Shown here piece by piece: positions 55,571-64,000 of a DNA stretch of 64,000 bases. Numbering within the stretch: position 1 is the stretch's first letter; each line of letters starts with the position of its first letter. The notes under the pieces are model-generated. The model saw only the letters and a program-made list of their open reading frames with translations, was not told where the DNA came from and made no database searches. This DNA is from Eledone cirrhosa (taxonomy: Eukaryota), in the NCBI GenBank assembly GCA_964016885.1, contig OZ024752.1:33976001-34040000 (forward strand), read 5' to 3'. The translations under genes and the position numbers were made by a program.

Positions 55571-58500
55571 AATAAAAGACACAGTCTATGTGTTTAACCG
55601 TTTCATTACTGTATGTCTAATGAAAGACACAGTCTATGTGTTTAACCCTTTCATTACTGTATGTCTTATGAAAGACACTGTCTATGTTGAATCCTTTCAT
55701 TACTGTATATCTAATGAAAGACACTGTTTATGTGTTTAATCCTTTCATTACTGTATGTCTAATGAAAGACACTGTCTATGTCTTTAACCCTTTCATTACT
55801 GTATGTCTAATAAAAGGGACTGTCTGTGTTTAACCCTTTCATTACTGTATGTCTAATGAAAGACACTGTCTATGTGTTTAACCCTTTCATTACTGTATGT
55901 CTAATGAAAGACACTGTCTATGTCTTTAACCCTTTCATTACTGTATGTCTAATGAAAGACACTGTCTGTGTTTAACCCTTTCATTACTGTATGTCTAATG
56001 AAAGACACTGTCTATGTATTTAATCCTTTCATTACTGTATGTCTAATGAAAGACACTGTCTATGTCTTTAACCCTTTCATTACTGTATGTCTAATGAAAG
56101 ACACTGTCTGTGTTTAACCCTTTCATTACTGTATGTCTAATGAAAGACACAGTCTATGTGTTTAATCCTTTCATTACTGTATGTCTAATGAAAGACACTG
56201 TCTATGTGTTTAACCCTTTCATTACTGTATGTCTATTGAAAGACACTGTCTATGTTGAATCCATTCATTACTGTATGTCTAATGAAAGACACTGTTTATG
56301 TGTTTAATCCTTTCATTACTGTATGTCTAATAAAAGGGACTGTCTATGTGTTTAACCCTTTCATTACTGTATGTCTAATGAAAGACACTGTCTATGTATT
56401 TAATCCTTTCATTACTGTATGTCTAATAAAAGGGACTGTCTATGTGTTTAACCCTTTCATTACTGTATGTCTAATGAAAGACACTGTCTATGTCTTTAAC
56501 CCTTTCATTACTGTATGTCTAATGAAAGACACTGTCTGTGTGTTTAATCATTTCATTAGTGTATGTCTAATGAAAGACACTGTCTATGTCTTTAACCCTT
56601 TCATTACTGTATGTCTAATGAAAGACACTGTCTGTGTTAAACCCTTTCATTACTGTATGTCTAATGAAAGACACTGTCTATGTGTTTAACCCTTTCATTA
56701 CTGTATTTCTAATGAAAGACACTGTCTATGTGTTTAATCCTTTCATTACTGTATGTCTAATGAAAGACACTGTCTATGTGTTTAACCCTTTCATTACTGT
56801 ATATCTAATGAAAGACACTGTCTATGTGTTTAACCCTTTCATTATTGTATGTCTAATGAAAGACACTGTCTATGTGTTTAACCCTTTCATTACTGTATGT
56901 CTAATGAAAGACACTGTCTATGTGTTTTACCATTTCATTACTGTATGTCTAATGAAAGACACTGTCTATGTGTTTAACCCTTTCATTACTGTATGTCTAA
57001 TGAAAGAAACTGTCTATGTCTTTAACCCTTTCATTACTGTATGTCTAATGAAAGACACTGTCTATGTCTTTAACCCTTTCATTACTGTATGTCTAATGAA
57101 AGACACTGTCTATGTCTTTAACCCTTTATTTACTGTATTTGTAATGAAAGACACTGTCTATGTGTTTAATCCTTTCATTACTGTATGTCTAATGAAAGAC
57201 ACTGTCTATGTGTTTAACCCTTTCATTACTGTATGTCTAATGAAAGAAACTGTCTATGTCTTTAACCCTTTCATTACTGTATGTCTAATGAAAGACACTG
57301 TCTATGTCTTTAACCCTTTCATTACTGTATGTCTAATGAAAGACACTGTCTATGTCTTTAACCCTTTATTTACTGTATTTGTAATGAAAGACACTGTCTA
57401 TGTGTTTAATTCTTTCATTACTGTATGTCTATTGAAAGACACTGTCTATGTTTAATACTTTCATTACTGTATGTCTAATGAAAGAAACTGTTTATGTGTT
57501 TAATCCTTTCATTACTGTATGTCTAATGAAAGACACTGTTTATGTGTTTATTCCTTTCATTACTGTATGTCTAATAAAAGGGACTGTCTATGTGTTTAAC
57601 TCTTTCATTACTGTAGGTCTAATGAAAGACACTGTCTATGTGTTTAACCCTTTCATTACTGTATGTCTAATGAAAGACACTGTCTATGTATTTAATCCTT
57701 TCATTACTGTATGTCTAATGAAAGACACTGTCTATGTGTTTAGCCCTTTCATTACTGTATGTCTAATGAAAGACACTGTCTATGTATTTAATCCTTTCAT
57801 TACTGTAAGTCTAATGAAAGACACTGTCTGTGTTTAACCCTTTCATTACTGTATGTCTAATGAAAGACACAGTCTATGTGTTTAATCCTTTCATTACTGT
57901 ATGTCTAATGAAAGACACAGTCTATGTGTTTAATCCTTTCATTACTGTATGTCTAATGAAAGACACAGTCTGTGTTTAACCCTTTCATTACTGTATGTCT
58001 AATGAAAGACACTGTGTGTTTAACCCTTTCATTACTGTATGTCGAATGAAAGACACAGTCTATGTGTTTAATCCTTTCATTACTGTATGTCTAATGAAAG
58101 ACACTGTCTATGTGTTTAACCCTTTCATTACTGTATGTCTAATGAAAGACACAGTCTATGTGTTTAACCCTTTCATTACTGTATGTCTAATGAAAGACAC
58201 AGTCTATGTGTTTAATCCTTTCATTACTGTATGTCTAATGAAAGACACTGTCTATGTGTTTAACCCTTTCATTACTGTATGTCTAATGAAAGCCCTTTCA
58301 TTACTGTATTTCTAATGAAAGACACTGTCTATGTGTTTACTCCTTTCATTACAGTATGTCTAATGAAAGACACTGTCTATGTGGTTAATCCTTTCATTGC
58401 TGTATGTCTAATGAAAGACACTGTCTATGTGTTTAACCCTTTCATTACTGTATGTCTATTGAAAGACACTGTCTATGTTGAATCCTTTCATTACTGTATG

Positions 58501-59364
58501 TCTAATGAAAGACACTGTTTATGTGTTTAATCCTTTCATTACTGTATGTCTAATAAAAGGGACTGTCTATGTGTTTAACCCTTTCATTACTGTATGTCTA
58601 ATGAAAGACACTGTCTATGTGTTTAACCCTTTCATTACTGTATGTCTAATGAAAGACACTGTCTATGTATTTAATCCTTTCATTACTGTATGTCTAATGA
58701 AAGACACTGTCTATGTGTTTAACCCTTTCATTACTGTATGTCTAATGAAAGACACTGACTATGTCTTTAACCCTTTCATTACTGTATGTCTAATGAAAGA
58801 CACTATCTGTGTTTAACCCTTTCATTACTGTATGTCTAATGAAAGACACTGTCTATGTATTTAATCCTTTGATTAGTGTATGTCTAATGAAAGACACTGT
58901 CTATGTCTTTAACCCTTTCATTACTGTATGTCTAATGAAAGACACTGTCTGTGTTTAACCCTTTCATTACTGTATGTCTAATGAAGGACACAGTCTATGT
59001 GTTTAATCCTTTCATTACTGTATGTCTAATGAAAGACACTGTCTATGTGTTTAACCCTTTCATTACTGTATGTCTATTGAAAGACACTGTCTATGTTGCA
59101 TCCTTTCATTACTGTATGTCTAATGAAAGACACTGTTTATGTGTTTAATCCTTTCATTACTGTATGTCTAATAAAAGGGACTGTCTATACGTTTAACCCT
59201 TTCATTACTGTATGTCTAATGAAAGACACTGTCTATGTATTTAATCCTTTCATTACTGTATGTCTAATGAAAGACACTGTCTATGTGTTTAACCCTTTCA
59301 TTACTGTATGTCTAATGAAAGACACTGTCTATGTGTTTTACCATTTCATTACTGTATGTCTAAT

Positions 59365-59550
59365 AGGGCGTTGGATTGGCAGTATCGGTAGAGGGTCGGA
59401 CGCCATGCTTTCCAGCATAGTTACGTCCCTTTACGATCTGAGTTCAAATCCCGCCGAGGTTGACTTTGCCTTTCATCCTTACGGGGTCGATAAAATAAAG
59501 TACCAGTAATGTACTGGGTAATTGCTGGTCTTGTGCCAATAGTAGAAATA
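59365..59550 (+). mobile_element. SINE-like element copy 8
   Basis: As copy 1 except G>T at 59371 (GGGCGTTGG), shared with copy 9. Confidence 0.88.
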
Positions 59551-61047
59551 ATTACTGTATGTCTAATGAAAGACACTGTCTATGTGTTTAACCCTTTGAT
59601 TACTGTATATCTAATGAAAGACACTGTCTATGTGTTTAACCCTTTAATTACTGTATGTCTAATGAAAGACACTGTCTATGTGTTTAACCCTTTCATTACT
59701 GTATGTCTAATAAAAGGGACTGTCTATGTGTTTAACCCTTTCATTACTGTAGGTCTAATGAAAGACACTGTCTATGTGTTTAACCCTTTCATTACTGTAT
59801 GTCTAATGAAAGACACTGTCTATGTATTTAATCCTTTCATTACTGTATGTCTAATGAAAGACACTGTCTATGTGTTTAACCCTTTCATTACTGTATGTCT
59901 AATGAAAGACACTGTCTATGTATTTAATCCTTTCATTACTGTATGTCTAATGAAAGACACTGTCTATGTGTTTAACCCTTTCATTACTGTATGTCTAATG
60001 AAAGACACTGACTATGTCTTTAACCCTTTCATTACTGTATGTCTAATGAAAGACACTATCTGTGTTTAACCCTTTCATTACTGTATGTCTAATGAAAGAC
60101 ACTGTCTATGTATTTAATCCTTTCATTACTGTATGTCTAATGAAAGACACTGTCTATGTCTTTAACCCTTTCATTACTGTCTGTCTAATGAAAGACACTG
60201 TCTATGTATTTAATCCTTTGATTACTGTATGTCTAATGAAAGACACTGTCTATGTCTTTAACCCTTTCATTACTGTATGTCTAATGAAAGACACTGTCTG
60301 TGTTTAACCCTTTCATTACTGTATGTCTAATGAAGGACACAGTCTATGTGTTTAATCCTTTCATTACTGTATGTCTAATGAAAGACACTGTCTATGTGTT
60401 TAACCCTTTCATTACTGTATGTCTATTGAAAGACACTGTCTATGTTGAATCCTTTCATTACTGTATGTCTAATGAAAGACACTGTTTATGTGTTTAATCC
60501 TTTCATTACTGTATGTCTAATAAAAGGGACTGTCTATGCGTTTAACCATTTCATTACTGTATGTCTAATGAAAGACACTGTCTATGTATTTAATCCTTTC
60601 ATTACTGTATGTCTAATGAAAGACACTGTCTATGTGTTTAACCCTTTCATTACTGTATGTCTAATGAAAGACACTCTCTATGTCTTTAACCCTTTCATTA
60701 CTTTATGTCTAATGAAAGACACTGTCTGTGTTTAACCCTTTCATTACTGTATGTCTAATGAAAGACACTGTCTATGTGTTTAACCCTTTCATTACTGTAT
60801 TTCTAATGAAAGACACTGTCTATGTGTTTAATCCTTTCATTACTGTATGTCTAAAGAAATACACTGTCTATGTGTTTAACCCTTTCATTACTGTATATCT
60901 AATGAAAGACACTGTCTATGTGTTTAACCCTTTCATTACTGTATGTCTAATGAAAGACACTGTCTATGTGTTTAACCCTTTCATTACTGTATGTCTAATG
61001 AAAGACACTGTCTATGTGTTTTACCATTTCATTACTGTATGTCTAAT

Positions 61048-61233
61048 AGGGCGTTGGATTGGCAGTATCGGTAGAGGGTCGGACGCCATGCTTTCCAGCA
61101 TAGTTACGTCCCTTTACGATCTGAGTTCAAATCCCGCCGAGGTTGACTTTGCCTTTCATCCTTACGGGGTCGATAAAATAAAGTACCAGTAATGTACTGG
61201 GTAATTGCTGGTCTTGTGCCAATAGTAGAAATA
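61048..61233 (+). mobile_element. SINE-like element copy 9
   Basis: As copy 1 except G>T at 61054, shared with copy 8. Confidence 0.88.
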
Positions 61234-62634
61234 ATTACTGTATGTCTAATGAAAGACACTGTCTATGTGTTTAACCCTTTGATTACTGTATATCTAATGA
61301 AAGACACTGTCTATGTGTTTAAACCTTTAATTACTGTATGTCTAATGAAAGACAGTGTCTATGTGTTTAACCCTTTCATTACTGTATGTCTAATAAAAGG
61401 GACTGTCTATGTGTTTAACCCTTTCATTACTGTAGGTCTAATGAAAGACACTGTCTATGTGTTTAACCCTTTCATTACTGTATGTCTAATGAAAGACACT
61501 GTCTATGTATTTAATCCTTTCATTACTGTATGTCTAATGAAAGACACTGTCTATGTGTTTAACCCTTTCATTACTGTATGTCTAATGAAAGACACTGTCT
61601 ATGTATTTAATCCTTTCATTACTGTATGTCTAATGAAAGACACTGTCTATGTGTTTAACCCTTTCATTACTGTATGTCTAATGAAAGACACTGACTATGT
61701 CTTTAACCCTTTCATTACTGTATGTCTAATGAAAGACACTATCTGTGTTTAACCCTTTCATTACTGTATGTCTAATGAAAGACACTGTCTATGTATTTAA
61801 TCCTTTCATTACTGTATGTCTAATGAAAGACACTGTCTATGTCTTTAACCCTTTCATTACTGTATGTCTAATGAAAGACACTGTCTGTGTTTAACCCTTT
61901 CATTACTGTATGTCTAATGAAGGACACAGTCTATGTGTTTAATCCTTTCATTACTGTATGTGTAATGAAAGACACTGTCTATGTGTTTAACCCTTTCATT
62001 ACTGTATGTCTATTGAAAGACACTGTCTATGTTGAATCCTTTCATTACTGTATGTCTAATGAAAGACACTGTTTATGTGTTTAATCCTTTCATTACTGTA
62101 TGTCTAATAAAAGGGACTGTCTATGTGTTTAACCCTTTCATTACTGTATGTCTAATGAAAGACACTGTCTATGTATTTAATCCTTTCATTACTGTATGTC
62201 TAATGAATGACACTGTCTATGTGTTTAACCCTTTCATTACTGTATGTCTAATGAAAGACACTCTCTATGTCTTTAACCCTTTCATTACTGTATGTCTAAT
62301 GAAAGACACTGTCTGTGTTTAACCCTTTCATTACTGTATGTCTAATGAAAGACACTGTCTATGTGTTTAACCCTTTCATTACTGTATTTCTAATGAAAGA
62401 CACTGTCTATGTGTTTAATCCTTTCATTACTGTATGTCTAAAGAAAGACACTGTCTATGTGTTTAACCCTTTCATTACTGTATATCTAATGAAAGACACT
62501 GTCTATGTGTTTAACCCTTTCATTACTGTATGTCTAATGAAAGACACTGTCTATGTGTTTAACCCTTTCATTACTGTATGTCTAATGAAAGACACTGTCT
62601 ATGTGTTTTACCATTTCATTACTGTATGTCTAAT

Positions 62635-62820
62635 AGGGCGGTGGATTGGCAGTATCGGTAGAGGGTCGGACGCCATGCTTTCCAGCATAGTTACGTCCCT
62701 TTACGATCTGAGTTCAAATCCCGCCGAGGTTGACTTTGCCTTTCATCCTTACGGGGTCGATAAAATAAAGTACCAGTAATGTACTGGGTAATTGCTGGTC
62801 TTGTGCCAATAGTAGAAATA
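62635..62820 (+). mobile_element. SINE-like element copy 10
   Basis: Identical by eye to copy 1, with the same junctions. Confidence 0.88.
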
Positions 62821-64000
62821 ATTACTGTATGTCTAATGAAAGACACTGTCTATGTGTTTAACCCTTTCATTACTGTATATCTAATGAAAGACACTGTCTA
62901 TGTGTTTAACCCTTTAATTACTGAATGTCTAATGAAAGACACTGTCTATGTGTTTAACCCTTTCATTACTGTATGTCTAATGAAAGACACTGTCTATGTG
63001 TTTTACCATTTCATTACTGTATGTCTAATGAAAGACACTGTCTATGTCTTTAACCCTTTATTTACTGTATTTGTAATGAAAGACACTGTCTATGTGTTTA
63101 ATTCTTTCATTACTGTATGTCTATTGAAAGACACTGTCTATGTTTAATACTTTCATTATTGTATGTCTAATGAAAGACACTGTTTATGTGTTTAATCCTT
63201 TCATTACTGTATGTCTAATGAAAGACACTGTCTATGTGTTTAACCCTTTCATTACTGTATGTCTAATAAAAGGGACTGTCTATGTGTTTAACCCTTTCAT
63301 TACTGTAGGTCTAATGAAAGACACTGTCTATGTGTTTAACCCTTTCATTACTGTATGTCTAATGAAAGACACTGTCTATGTATTTAATCCTTTCATTACT
63401 GTATGTCTAATGAAAGACACTGTCTATGTGTTTAACCCTTTCATTACTGTATGTCTAATGAAAGACACTGTCTATGTATTTAATCCTTTCATTACTGTAT
63501 GTCTAATGAAAGACACTGTCTATGTGTTTAACCCTTTCATTACTGTATGTCTAATGAAAGACACTGACTATGTCTTTAACCCTTTCATTACTGTATGTCT
63601 AATGAAAGACACTATCTGTGTTTAACCCTTTCATTACTGTATGTCTAATGAAAGACACTGTCTATGTATTTAATCCTTTCATTACTGTATGTCTAATGAA
63701 AGACACTGTCTATGTCTTTAACCCTTTCATTACTGTATGTCTAATGAAAGACACTGTCTGTGTTTAACCCTTTCATTACTGTATGTCAAATGAAAGACAC
63801 TGTCTATGTGTTTTACCATTTCATTACTGTATGTCTAATGAAAGACACTGTCTATGTGTTTAACCCTTTCATTACTGTATGTCTAATGAAAGAAACTGTC
63901 TATGTCTTTAACCCTTTCATTACTGTATGTCTAATGAAAGACACTGTCTATGTCTTTAACCCTTTCATTACTGTATGTCTAATGAAAGACACTGTCTATG

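Larger units (their letters stand above)
1..64000. repeat. Tandem satellite array, 48-bp monomer (46-bp and 29-bp variants), about 1,300 copies, running off both window ends
   Basis: The unit TCTAATGAAAGACACTGTCTATGTGTTTAACCCTTTCATTACTGTATG recurs head-to-tail from base 1 to 64000, usually with only a few substitutions per monomer. No inverted segment was seen. The ORF track shows the matching 16-aa period. Confidence 0.99.

Noticed and set aside
29440-62820. Ten independent, site-specific SINE insertions into the satellite
   Set aside because: Identical junctions, near-identical sequence and shared rare flanking monomer variants are explained more simply by duplication of one insertion.
5-63625. 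Many ORFs encoding the 16-aa repeat MKDTVYVFNPFITVCL (up to 289 aa)
   Set aside because: The 48-bp period is a multiple of 3 with one stop-free frame. Frequent 2-bp, 1-bp and 19-bp deletions shift the frame freely, many substitutions are non-synonymous, and there is no unique coding domain.
1-64000. CRISPR-like array (palindromic repeat with regular period)
   Set aside because: There are no unique spacers (the whole monomer repeats), no cas genes, and the context is eukaryotic with a SINE.

Overview
The whole 64-kb window is one head-to-tail, single-orientation eukaryotic satellite array. It holds about 1,300 copies (estimated from length) of an AT-rich 48-bp monomer, consensus TCTAATGAAAGACACTGTCTATGTGTTTAACCCTTTCATTACTGTATG (16/48 GC, no CpG). 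There are frequent 46-bp variants and 12 copies of a 29-bp deletion variant. Diagnostic monomer variants define nested, irregular higher-order duplications with periods from 240 bp to about 10 kb. The only non-satellite DNA is a 186-bp tRNA-derived SINE-like element with Pol III A/B boxes and a 17-bp target-site duplication. It occurs in 10 near-identical copies between 29.4 and 62.8 kb, always at the same monomer position, so it is best read as one insertion later amplified with the satellite. From memory, not a search, it resembles the abundant Octopus tRNA-SINEs. No credible protein-coding gene, CRISPR array or functional tRNA is present; all listed ORFs are artefacts of the 48-bp period. 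The most interesting signals are the captured SINE-satellite unit with a possible Pol III read-through transcript, the quasi-palindromic monomer, and mutations that appear to be templated by its hairpin.
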